A stretch of 41,367 nucleotides of DNA from Vicinamibacteria bacterium (GTDB taxonomy: Bacteria; Acidobacteriota; Vicinamibacteria; Fen-336; JAGNNV01), in the NCBI GenBank assembly GCA_016650185.1, contig JAENWE010000043.1, forward strand, positions 1 to 41,367. The letters are read 5' to 3'. The translations under genes and the position numbers were made by a program. Positions 26,054-35,009 of the stretch are shown here, in pieces; positions within the stretch are counted from its first letter, which is position 1; each line of letters opens with the position of its first letter. The notes beneath the pieces were generated by a model that was not told the DNA's origin, made no database searches, and saw only the letters and a program-made list of their open reading frames with translations.

Positions 26054-27022
26054 CTACGACTCGTCAGGCCCCCCACGCCGGGCGGGAGGCATCCAGTAGA
26101 TTAGATCCGCGTCGAAATAGGCGAGGCGCCGATACCCGAGCGGATAAAGCAGACGCTCGTAGGGGGAGAGGTCGCCCCGCGCTTCGCTCACGATGTAACG
26201 AGGACGAAACCCGGCGTGGCAAACGGCGGACAGAACCTCGAGATCGAGCCCCTCGATATCCAGCGAGAGGACGCCGAAGGTGCGCGGGAGCGCGGCGCCG
26301 CGGCTGGTCAAGGACTCCTCGATAGAGAGCATCAGCGTTTCCGCGCTCTCCCCTCGTACCGAAACCCCGAACTCGCCCGGCGCCCCAGAGGGCGCCAAAA
26401 GAGACGAACCGGTGTGAGCCCAACCCTTGATATTCAGGGTCTGAGGCCCGTCGGTTCGCCCGGTCACCGCACTGATGCGGATGATCACGCGATCCTCGTG
26501 TCCGAGCCAGCGCTTGTCCCTCCCTGCGTTGTTCCGAAGCTCGGCTTCGAGCGCTGGGTTCGCTTCGACGAGCACCGCCCACCAGCCGAGTTGGGTGAAG
26601 TTGCAGGAATGGCTGCCTTGAAAGCCATCGTTGGCGCCCAGGTCGATGACGATCCTTTCGTCTTCGGCGATGGACGCGTGTTGTCGCATATGCGAGAGGA
26701 GGAACGCGAACTGACCCCGGCTCGAGACATCGAAAACGGCGCGTTGCACGCCGGGGGAGGTCTCGACGAGCAGCAGCCGGCTGACAAGCCCTTCCTCGAC
26801 CGCCCAGGCTCCGAGATGTTTCAATCGACGGTAGACATCGTAGTGCGAGGCGCTCATGGGCGCATCCGACGAATCGCCCAAGGCGCCCCGGAACACCAAT
26901 CCCCATTTCTTCGCCTCTCGTAGATAGGGCCACGCCTTGAAGCAAAACCAGCTCAGCGTGGCGCCGAGCAAGAGGAGGGCGAGGGCAGCCACAAGCACCA
27001 CGGCTTCGGCGAGTGGGGTCAT
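26054..27022 (-). CDS. Membrane-anchored FkbM-like methyltransferase
   Basis: The N-terminal helix is AVVLVAALALLLLGATLSWFCF. The FkbM-like motifs are VIDLGANDGFQGS, VLVEANPALEAELRNN and VLSLDIEGLDLEVL. Confidence 0.72.
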   Translation of the reverse strand: MTPLAEAVVLVAALALLLLGATLSWFCFKAWPYLREAKKWGLVFRGALGDSSDAPMSASHYDVYRRLKHLGAWAVEEGLVSRLLLVETSPGVQRAVFDVSSRGQFAFLLSHMRQHASIAEDERIVIDLGANDGFQGSHSCNFTQLGWWAVLVEANPALEAELRNNAGRDKRWLGHEDRVIIRISAVTGRTDGPQTLNIKGWAHTGSSLLAPSGAPGEFGVSVRGESAETLMLSIEESLTSRGAALPRTFGVLSLDIEGLDLEVLSAVCHAGFRPRYIVSEARGDLSPYERLLYPLGYRRLAYFDADLIYWMPPARRGGPDES

Positions 27023-27074
27023 GGCGCCTCCGGGACCGGGGAAAAAGGGCAGGCGGCCTCATCGCGTCGAAGCA

Positions 27075-28076
27075 TCACCGTGACTGACCGATATGCCCGG
27101 CCTCCCGCAGCCAGCGAACCGTGTCGGCGAGAGTGGAGCGCGCGTCGCGGAAGGAGACACCCAGCTCCCTCTGGGCCTTGTCGCTCGACATATACCAGAA
27201 GAGCGTTCCGTAGGGAACCACCGCGGGGTTGAAAGGAAGGGGAATCCGCAGCAAGGGGCCGACCCGCGCGATGAACCGCAGGAGCGAATTGGGGATTTTC
27301 AGGGTGCGCGGCTTCCGCCCGAGAATCGCGAGCGTTGTCCGGGCCAGATCCTCGACGCTCACATTCTCCCCACCGAGAATGTAACGTTCCCCGCTGCGGC
27401 CCTTGTCCAGTGCGGCCACGGCGCCTTCGGCGACGTCATCCACATGGGCGACGCTCGTTCCGCCCGTGCAGACCACCGCCGGCGCGCTGTTCGCGAAATC
27501 CGCCAGCGTGCCCGCGGTGATCATGCCTGTGTCATTCGGGCCGTACACCTCGGTGGGATTGACCATGACCACGCGCAGACCGTCGGCGGAGGCCCGACGG
27601 CACAGTGCCTCCGCTTCGCGTTTTACCCGCGGATAGAGGTACCGGTCGAGCGGCAGTGTGAACTTGCTCTCTTCGTCGTGGACCACCGGTGTGGCCGATC
27701 CGTTGATCGCGGTGGCGCTGGATACGAACACGACTCGCACTCCTTCGCGGGCCAAAGCCGCCCGCAGGATGTGGCCGGTGCCGGCCACAACCACATCGGG
27801 GAGAACGGGGGAATTGATGTCGGTCCAGGAGGAAGGGCTTGCGAGATGGATGACTGAGTCGCACCCGTTGACCGCACGTTCGACGGCGGCGGAATCGCGC
27901 ACGTCCCCGAGCGCCGTTTCGTAAGGGAGACTCTGGATCCGTTCGGTCCGGCTCTCCGCGCGGAGGAGACAGCGGACATGGCCACCTTCCTCGAGAAGGC
28001 GGCGGACCACCCGCGACCCGATGAACCCGTTGCCGCCGGTGACGAGCGTGCGTCGGTGTTCCGACGCGTTCATCAT
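27075..28076 (-). CDS. Extended-SDR NAD(P)-dependent epimerase/dehydratase-family reductase
   Basis: The Rossmann motif is LVTGGNGFIGSRVV and the catalytic Y-x3-K is in YPRVKREAE. The ATG overlaps the TGA of the upstream alpha-oxoamine synthase (ATGA at 28073-28076). Confidence 0.85.
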   Translation of the reverse strand: MMNASEHRRTLVTGGNGFIGSRVVRRLLEEGGHVRCLLRAESRTERIQSLPYETALGDVRDSAAVERAVNGCDSVIHLASPSSWTDINSPVLPDVVVAGTGHILRAALAREGVRVVFVSSATAINGSATPVVHDEESKFTLPLDRYLYPRVKREAEALCRRASADGLRVVMVNPTEVYGPNDTGMITAGTLADFANSAPAVVCTGGTSVAHVDDVAEGAVAALDKGRSGERYILGGENVSVEDLARTTLAILGRKPRTLKIPNSLLRFIARVGPLLRIPLPFNPAVVPYGTLFWYMSSDKAQRELGVSFRDARSTLADTVRWLREAGHIGQSR

Positions 28077-29575
28077 CGGCAGAGCGCAGACCCGCCGAGG
28101 ACGCGATCCGCGGTCAGCCGGATGGCATGGTCCAGGTGGTCCTCGGTGTGGAGGCTCGACACGAAAAATCGGAGACGCGCGGTGCCTGGCTCCACCGCCG
28201 GGGAAACCAGCGGCTGAACGTTGACGCCCGCGGCAAACAGCTCGTTCGACAAGCGCATGGCGTCTAAGTCGCCGCCCACGATCACCGGGACCACGCCGGA
28301 ATGGGCGGACCGACCGACATCGAGCCCGCTTGCCCGCGCTTTCCGCGCAAGATACTCCGCGTTGCGGCGGAGCGTTCCCACGCGCGCGGGCTCGGCCTGC
28401 AGCATCTGGATCGCTCGCAGGGCCGCCGCGGCGTTTGCGGGAGAGATTCCGGCAGAGAAGATGAAACCCGGGCAGGTGTAGCGTAGGTAACGGATCAGCC
28501 GTCGCGCTCCCGCCACGTAGCCGCCACAGCTCGCGAGGGATTTGGAGAGCGTGCCCATGAGGATGTCGATTTCCGAAGCAGGGATCGAGAAGTGTTCGGC
28601 GATACCGCGCCCCGAGCGGCCCAGGACGCCAATGGAGTGGGCCTCATCGACCATCAGCCAAGCCTTGTGCTCGTGTTTGATGCGAATCAGTTCGTGGAGG
28701 TCGGGTATGTCGCCCTCCGTGCTGTAGACACCCTCGACCAGCACCAGTGCCGAGCGGTGGTTCCGGCGCTCTATCCCGAGGAGAGCGTCAAGAGCTGCGA
28801 AGTCGTTGTGAGGGAAGGACAGACATCGCGCTCCCGACAGGCGCGCGCCGGTGATGGCGCTGTTGTGCATCAAGGAGTCGTAGACGATGACGTCCCGGGG
28901 CGAGCAGAGATGGCTGATAACGGAGACGTTCGTCGCGTGGCCCCCGACGAAAACTAGCGCCTCTTCGGCTCCTACGAATCGCGCGAGAACGCTTTCGAGG
29001 CGGCGGTGGATTTCTCGCTCGCCTGAGGAGAGGCGACTCGCCGAAACCGAGGCTCCATACCGGTCGACGGCTTCGCGCGCCGCTTTTTTGACCTCGGGGT
29101 CATCGGCGAGCCCGAGGTAGTTGTACGAAGCGAAATTGATCAGGCTCCGGCCCCCGGAAACGATGGTTGAGCCAGACGCTCCATCGAACGAGCGGAAGAA
29201 GGGGTCTTCGAGTCCCGCGTCGTCGAGAGCCCGGAAGCGGGCCTCGAACTCGAGCAAACCGGGCAGCGCGTCGTACCCTCCGATGGCCTCGGCGGGTTTG
29301 GTCGATTCGACGGGGGCGGGAGCAGACAAGTGTTCGGCGAGCGCTCGGATCGAAGGCTGCTTCCACAGCAGGTCGGGATCGATACGACGGCCCGTCCAAT
29401 CTTCTGCCTCCGCGAGGACCGAAGCCACGGAAACCGAGTCAAGACCATATCCCGAGATGGGCGCGGTGAGATCGAGCCGATCCCGCCCGATCCCGGCTTC
29501 TCCTAAGAAGAGACTGATGAGCTTCTCCTCAACCTGGTCGCGGCTGAAGAGGCCCGGGGGCTTCGAAGGCATCAT
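28073..29575 (-). CDS. Carrier-protein domain fused to an alpha-oxoamine synthase (serine palmitoyltransferase/AONS family)
   Basis: The N-terminal ~90 aa form a PP-binding domain (ISGYGLDSVSVASVLAEAEDW). The AOS core carries INFASYNYLGL, GGHATNVSVIS, LMVDEAHSIGVLG and the PLP-Lys in MGTLSKSLASCGGY. I trimmed the start to ATG 29575 (MMPSKPPGLF...), and the track ORF extends to 29686. Confidence 0.85.
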   Translation of the reverse strand: MMPSKPPGLFSRDQVEEKLISLFLGEAGIGRDRLDLTAPISGYGLDSVSVASVLAEAEDWTGRRIDPDLLWKQPSIRALAEHLSAPAPVESTKPAEAIGGYDALPGLLEFEARFRALDDAGLEDPFFRSFDGASGSTIVSGGRSLINFASYNYLGLADDPEVKKAAREAVDRYGASVSASRLSSGEREIHRRLESVLARFVGAEEALVFVGGHATNVSVISHLCSPRDVIVYDSLMHNSAITGARLSGARCLSFPHNDFAALDALLGIERRNHRSALVLVEGVYSTEGDIPDLHELIRIKHEHKAWLMVDEAHSIGVLGRSGRGIAEHFSIPASEIDILMGTLSKSLASCGGYVAGARRLIRYLRYTCPGFIFSAGISPANAAAALRAIQMLQAEPARVGTLRRNAEYLARKARASGLDVGRSAHSGVVPVIVGGDLDAMRLSNELFAAGVNVQPLVSPAVEPGTARLRFFVSSLHTEDHLDHAIRLTADRVLGGSALCR

Positions 29576-29833
29576 GATCTTCGCGTTCACCCTCGCGATC
29601 TGCGTGTTCAGCGTCCGTCTTCCGGCCGTGAAGGGCTGGGGGAGGGAATACGAGCCTGACCGTAGAACCTGCGTCTTGCAGGACAACGTGAGCCAGGGGC
29701 GCGATCATGCCAGGTCAGCAACCTATTCAGTTTACACATGGGCTCCCGGTACGCCGGTTCTCCTCGGCCGCGCCGGCCGCTCTCATGGAAGCAGCGCGAA
29801 AAATGACGGGGCCCCACCACAAAACCCGCGCCA

Positions 29834-31609
29834 TCAGGCGCTGAAGATCTGGTTCTCCACGAGTTCGGCGTAGACCGAACCCTGGCGCATCAGCGATCCA
29901 TGCGTTCCCGACTCGACCACCCGGCCGCCATCGAGCACGATCACGCGATCGGCGGAACGGATGGTGGACAGGCGATGGGCGATTACCAGCGTGGTCCGTC
30001 CCTGCATGAGGCGTTCGACCGCTTCATGCACTAGGGATTCGCTCTCGCTGTCGAGGGCGCTCGTCGCCTCGTCGAGGATGAGAATTCGCGGGTCCTTGAG
30101 TACGGTGCGGGCGATGGCGATGCGTTGTCGCTGGCCGCCGGAAAGCTGAACTCCGCGCTCGCCCACCCGGGTCTCGAATCCTTGCGGAAGGCCCGTGATG
30201 AAGTCGTGCGCGTTTGCCGCCCGCGCCGCGTTCACGACCTCCGCCGTCGAGACGTGATCGAGGCCGAAGCGGATGTTCTCGGCGATGGTCAGGGCAAAAA
30301 GTGTCGGCTCCTGCGACACGAAACCGATGTGTCGCCGCAGCCATCGACCGTCGAGGGTGCGTGAATCGGCGCCATCGATCAGGATGCGGCCTGCGAGCGG
30401 GTCATGAAAACGCAGCAGGAGGCCCGCGAGTGTCGACTTCCCCGCCCCGGATGCTCCGACGAGAGCGACCACCTCGCCGGGTCGAACCGCTAGGCTGAGA
30501 TCGTGCAGCACCGGCACTTCGGGCCTCGATGGGTAAGCGAACCCCACACCTTCGAAGACGACCTCGCCGGTCATGGCCTCCGCGCCCTTCCCCTCGCCCA
30601 CGGGAATGCGTGGCTCTCGGCCGAGGACCTCCAATATCCGTTTAAGGGCCCCCGACGCCCGTCGGACCTCTGTGGAACATTCGGCCAGGTCGCGAACCGC
30701 GCCCAACGCCAGCATGCCGGTGAAGGCGAATGCGGCGAGGCCTCCGGTGCTGACGGCTCCCGCCGAAAGCTGAGGCATCCCCACCAGGATGACGACGAGC
30801 ATTTCGGGGCCCACCACGGACACGCCGCGGACCACGCCATAGACAAAGTTGGTGCGTCGCCCGATGGCAAGGTTGCCTAGGGCGGCGGTCCGATAGCGTT
30901 GCGACATGAAGGCCTCCTGGTCGCTCGCGCGGACCGTACGAATGCCGGAGATGGCCTCCGCCGCGATGCTCGCCATGTCCCCCGTGTTGGTCTGGTAGTC
31001 GTGGGCCAGCTCGGCCACGCGCCGTCCCAGGCGATTGACGAAGAGCACGAAGGGCGTCAGAACGCCCACCAGCACCAGCGTCAGGAGCGGAGACATCCAC
31101 AGCAACACGATTGCCCCCCCGCCGACGAGCACCAGGCTTCGCATGGCAGCCACTACTTGGCCCACGAGGACCTCCTCGAGGGCCTGGGCGTCACCCATGA
31201 GACGGCTCGTCAGGTCGCCTGCCCGCTCTTCGTCGAAGAAGCCGACCTCCTGCCGGAGGATCGAGTCGAAAGTAGAGCTGCGCAGCCGCGCGATCAAGCT
31301 TTGGCTGGCCGAGCTGAAGAGCACTCTTTCCCCGAATCGGCTAAGTCCGCCCAGGCAGAGAACGCCGAAAATGAAGAGCGCGAAGTCCACAGAGAGGCGG
31401 CCTTCATCCACAACGCGGCCCACGGCCTGTGGGAAGTACAGCTGCGTGGCTCCGGCCAGGAAACCGGACACGATGCCCGCCGCGATCATCCAGAGATCCG
31501 GGACCACGAGCGCCCATAGTCGTTCCCGCGCCGAGACTCGTGGGGAGCCATGGCCCGTGGGTTCGTTCTTCACAAGGGGCCCCGGCCGGCGTTTCTTCGT
31601 GAGAACCAA
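29834..31609 (-). CDS. ABC exporter, fused permease-ATPase half transporter (MsbA-like lipid flippase type)
   Basis: The protein has a six-helix ABC_membrane region followed by GASGAGKST, LSGGQRQRIAIAR and ILILDEATSALD. The start is ambiguous: TTG at 31609, or GTG at 31573 that overlaps the upstream TGA (GTGA). Confidence 0.85.
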   Translation of the reverse strand: MVLTKKRRPGPLVKNEPTGHGSPRVSARERLWALVVPDLWMIAAGIVSGFLAGATQLYFPQAVGRVVDEGRLSVDFALFIFGVLCLGGLSRFGERVLFSSASQSLIARLRSSTFDSILRQEVGFFDEERAGDLTSRLMGDAQALEEVLVGQVVAAMRSLVLVGGGAIVLLWMSPLLTLVLVGVLTPFVLFVNRLGRRVAELAHDYQTNTGDMASIAAEAISGIRTVRASDQEAFMSQRYRTAALGNLAIGRRTNFVYGVVRGVSVVGPEMLVVILVGMPQLSAGAVSTGGLAAFAFTGMLALGAVRDLAECSTEVRRASGALKRILEVLGREPRIPVGEGKGAEAMTGEVVFEGVGFAYPSRPEVPVLHDLSLAVRPGEVVALVGASGAGKSTLAGLLLRFHDPLAGRILIDGADSRTLDGRWLRRHIGFVSQEPTLFALTIAENIRFGLDHVSTAEVVNAARAANAHDFITGLPQGFETRVGERGVQLSGGQRQRIAIARTVLKDPRILILDEATSALDSESESLVHEAVERLMQGRTTLVIAHRLSTIRSADRVIVLDGGRVVESGTHGSLMRQGSVYAELVENQIFSA

Positions 31610-33138
31610 CGACGATTGTTGTGGTAAGCCGACGTGAACGCCGTGAACCCCTGGTCGTAAACCCGGCGGTGCGCCGGGCGGGGTTCAAAGGTCCGTTCCA
31701 CAGGAGCAAGCGCTTCGAGCGATTCGAAGGTGTCCACCACGCCGAGAGCGTGGAGGGTGAGCAATGCGGCGCCTCGGGCAGCCGCGAACTCGGGCCTCGG
31801 GATCCTCACGAGGGGGCGGTCGAGGACATCTGCGAGAATCTGGCTCAGGACGTCGCTTCTTGCCCCACCGCCAGTCAGCCGGAGACCGCCAGCTTGCGGC
31901 GTGCCGACCAGCGGCTCGACCTTCGAAAGAGCCCACCGCGTGTTGTAGGCGATGCCTTCGAAAACTGCCCGGGCGAGGTGGGACCGCCCGTGATTCAGAT
32001 CGAGATTCAAAAACCCTCCGCGCGCATGCGCGTCGTCTATGGGCGTGCGCTCTCCGGCAAACCAGGGCAGAAAAGTGAGGTGGGCGGAACCCGGCTCACA
32101 GTCGTTGACGAGGCAGGAGAGGGCTTCGTGGCTGAGGGGCACTCCTTGATCCGACAGTACGCGAAGCCGTAGCCACTCGATGAGGTTACCCGCGTTTTGC
32201 TGGGCGGCCACCACGAGATAGCGCGATGCGTCGGCGCTGCACATAGGGCCTACGTACGAAAGCGGATCGGACACCCGTCGAGGGGCGTGCGCCGCGACCC
32301 AGGAGCTCGTTCCGATCGATACGTGCATGGCGGCGCCGCGCACCGCCCCGCAGCCAATGGACATGGCCGCCACATCGCCCGGGCCGGTCATCACCACGGT
32401 CCCCGGATTCAATCCGAGATCTCTCGCGGCCTCCGCGGTGAGTGGGCCCGAAGGATCCGTGGGGGCCAGAAGGTCGGGAAGCAGCGACTCCCGGAGGCCT
32501 ATCATCCCGAGAATCGTTGAGGACCAAGAGCGCCGACCCGGCCGCGTGTCCATCAGCCAAGTGAGGTTGGCGCAATCGTGCGAGGTGACGTACCGGCCCG
32601 TGCTTCTAAAGAGCAAGTAATCCTTCACGTCGAGAAGCTTGGCCGTCTCGCGCCAGATTTCCGGCCTGCTCTGGCGGAGCCAGACGATCTTGGAAACCGG
32701 ATCGGTTCCGGTCAGGGACGGAGCCCCGCCTGTAAGCCAGAGCCAGCGGGCGATGCGGGTGGCTCCGTAGCCAAAAACCCGAATCAGGCCGCCCGTGACT
32801 TCCCGCGCCTGTCGCCCGGCCCGGGCATCCAGCCAGATCATCGAACGCATCAGGGGGCGGCCCTCGGCGTCCACCGGGAGTGTTCCCTGCATCTGACCGG
32901 TGAAGGTAAGGGCGCGCACTTCGTGGGCCTCGACCGACGCGTCCGATAGGACACGAGCGGTGGTCGTCCGGACCGCGTTCCACCAGTCGAGAGGATCCTG
33001 TTCGGCGAAACCTGCCTCGGGGAAATGAGTCGGGTACGAAGCGGACGCGGTCGCGATCAGACTCCCCTGCTCATCCAGGAGCACAGCCTTGTCGCTCGAG
33101 GTGCCCACATCGTGGGCCAAGACCAGTCGCCTCTTCAC
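31570..33138 (-). CDS. FGGY-family carbohydrate/polyol kinase
   Basis: The N-terminus is LVLAHDVGTSSDKAVLLDEQG and the C-terminal motif is LRLTGGGARSDVLSQILADVLDRPL. My preferred start is GTG 33138, which overlaps the cdsA-like TGA (GTGA). The track ORF starts at 33156. Confidence 0.82.
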   Translation of the reverse strand: MKRRLVLAHDVGTSSDKAVLLDEQGSLIATASASYPTHFPEAGFAEQDPLDWWNAVRTTTARVLSDASVEAHEVRALTFTGQMQGTLPVDAEGRPLMRSMIWLDARAGRQAREVTGGLIRVFGYGATRIARWLWLTGGAPSLTGTDPVSKIVWLRQSRPEIWRETAKLLDVKDYLLFRSTGRYVTSHDCANLTWLMDTRPGRRSWSSTILGMIGLRESLLPDLLAPTDPSGPLTAEAARDLGLNPGTVVMTGPGDVAAMSIGCGAVRGAAMHVSIGTSSWVAAHAPRRVSDPLSYVGPMCSADASRYLVVAAQQNAGNLIEWLRLRVLSDQGVPLSHEALSCLVNDCEPGSAHLTFLPWFAGERTPIDDAHARGGFLNLDLNHGRSHLARAVFEGIAYNTRWALSKVEPLVGTPQAGGLRLTGGGARSDVLSQILADVLDRPLVRIPRPEFAAARGAALLTLHALGVVDTFESLEALAPVERTFEPRPAHRRVYDQGFTAFTSAYHNNRRWFSRRNAGRGPL

Positions 33139-33866
33139 TCCGCCCGACATGCCCACAGATAGGCCTGGAAGAGTGGGGCAACAAAGATCAGCGAGTCGTA
33201 GACGTCGAGGACACCGCCGTGGGTGGGGATGACCGCGCCGAAGTCCTTGATCCTCGCGGCGCGTTTGATCGACGAGGCGAACAGGTCGCCGGCCGTGCCC
33301 GCGCCGGCGAGGAAACCGCCGCCGATCAGGACCTGTTCCCGGCTCAGCGAAGGCACCGCGAAATGGAAGAGAGGCGCCATCGCAATGGTTGTCACGAGCC
33401 CACCCACAAGGCCGGCGACGGTCTTATTGGGACTAAGCGCCGGAAAAGGCCGCGCTTTCCCGAAAGTAGCACCGATCAGATAGGCGGACGAGTCGTTGAT
33501 CTCGACCGCAGCGTAGCAGAAGAACACATCCCCGAATCCGGTGGGGGCAGCGCCCAGGGCAAAGAGCGCCCCCAGGAAAAGGCCCGGGTACAAAAGAGTT
33601 AAGCCAGCGAGCCCCATCCTCCCCAAGGCCCGGGCCGCTTCGATCGCGCAGGCGAGGCCAATCGCGGAAACCGCGGCCAGAAACCACCAGGGTCCCAAGT
33701 AGGCGGGGACGAGGATCGCAGCCAGGGTCAGGATCTCGACGACGTAAGTCGTCCAAATGCGCCGCCCCATGAGACGGCCTTTGGCCTGAGCGAGACCGAT
33801 CCACAGAGCAGCCAGCCCGAATATTGTGGCGACCAATTCCACGGCGGTCTGGGCAGGCTCACGCAT
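33135..33866 (-). CDS. CdsA-family cytidylyltransferase (phosphatidate cytidylyltransferase paralog)
   Basis: The protein is multi-pass and carries SPNKTVAGLVGG and the CdsA signature region GDLFASSIKRAARIKDFGAVIPTHGGVLDVYDS. The usual Arg after GG-x-x-D is Val here. I trimmed the start to ATG 33866. Confidence 0.8.
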   Translation of the reverse strand: MREPAQTAVELVATIFGLAALWIGLAQAKGRLMGRRIWTTYVVEILTLAAILVPAYLGPWWFLAAVSAIGLACAIEAARALGRMGLAGLTLLYPGLFLGALFALGAAPTGFGDVFFCYAAVEINDSSAYLIGATFGKARPFPALSPNKTVAGLVGGLVTTIAMAPLFHFAVPSLSREQVLIGGGFLAGAGTAGDLFASSIKRAARIKDFGAVIPTHGGVLDVYDSLIFVAPLFQAYLWACRAE

Positions 33867-34070
33867 GTATGGCCAGGCTAGGATAGGCGGCTCTATGCCA
33901 CCTTGCAATGACCTCCGGCACGTGCCTTCAAGAAACAGGACAACGGGATCATGGAAACGACTCGAGGATGGGAACATCCAGGGCGTCCGTTTCCCACCTC
34001 CGGAGATGCAGCCAGGAGTCGCCCCCGATACCCGGCGCCGGGCTGACCATGTGTTCCGGTATCGCGTCTA

Positions 34071-35009
34071 GTGGAACGTCTGGACGTCGTCTATGCCTGG
34101 GTGGATGGAGCCTGGCCCGGCTACCGGGACGAACTCTCACGCTACGCGGGCCGTCCCGTCGACTTGAACCCCAACCGCCACCGCGACAATCTCGACCTGT
34201 TGAAATACAGTCTTCGCTCCCTGGAGGTCTTCGCCCCCTGGATTGAGAGGATTCACCTGGTAACCGCTCGTCCGCAGTCGCCTTCCTGGCTGAACCCGCA
34301 CGCACCGGGCCTCAAAGTGATTCACCATGACGAGTTGTTCGCGCTCCGACACCTTCCGACCTTCAACTCCTTCGCCATCGAGTCCTATCTGTATCTCCTG
34401 CCCGACCTCTCACCCCGCTTCTTGTACTTCAACGACGATATGGTCCTCGGCCGCACCCTTCACCCTGGAGACGTGATGACCAAAGACGGTCGGGCGCGCA
34501 TCCACCTCGAATGGAATCCTTCGATCGCCCGGCGAAAGGATGAGCATCCCTGGCGCGCCGCCATCGGCTTCGCGAACGAGCTGCTCGATAAAGCCTTCGG
34601 CGCGGCCAATGCGCGGCGTCTGGTGCGCCATGCTCCGGTGTTGATGGAGATCCAACGCTGGCAGGCACTCGCTGATAAGTGGCCCGAGCCCCTGGAAGCC
34701 ACGCGGTCCGGGCGCTTCCGTTCGGGAGACACGTTCGCTCCCGACTTCCTCTATCCGTACTTTTGTCTCGCTACCGGGCACGCAACCGCGGTATCGATCG
34801 TGGACAGTTACCGCCAGGCCGCCTATGTTGGTCTCGATAACCGGGGGTGGCTGGTGAGCCTCCAGCTCGCCGTCGTCGATCGCCTCCGCCCCCTTTTCCT
34901 CACCCTGAACGACAATTTCGACGAAACGGCTGCGGAGGCCGTCGTGGCCTCGGTGCGCCGATTCCTCGAGTCGTGGTTTCCGCGCCCCTCGCGCTTTGAG
35001 AAGCCATGA
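34071..35009 (+). CDS. Stealth-family hexose-1-phosphoryltransferase
   Basis: The Stealth conserved regions are present: CR1 VVYAWVDG, CR2 NRHRDNLDLLKYSLRSLEVFAPWIERIHLVT...PSWL, and CR3 LPTFNSFAIESYLYLLPDLSPRFLYFNDDMVLG. The start is GTG at 34071. Confidence 0.85.
   Translation: MERLDVVYAWVDGAWPGYRDELSRYAGRPVDLNPNRHRDNLDLLKYSLRSLEVFAPWIERIHLVTARPQSPSWLNPHAPGLKVIHHDELFALRHLPTFNSFAIESYLYLLPDLSPRFLYFNDDMVLGRTLHPGDVMTKDGRARIHLEWNPSIARRKDEHPWRAAIGFANELLDKAFGAANARRLVRHAPVLMEIQRWQALADKWPEPLEATRSGRFRSGDTFAPDFLYPYFCLATGHATAVSIVDSYRQAAYVGLDNRGWLVSLQLAVVDRLRPLFLTLNDNFDETAAEAVVASVRRFLESWFPRPSRFEKP

Noticed and set aside
29701-29721. A TTGCTGACCTGGCATGATCGC string on the minus strand upstream of the AOS operon, superficially similar to sigma54 elements (TGGCA, TTGC).
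   Set aside because: The elements are in the wrong order and spacing for the TGGCAC-N5-TTGC consensus.
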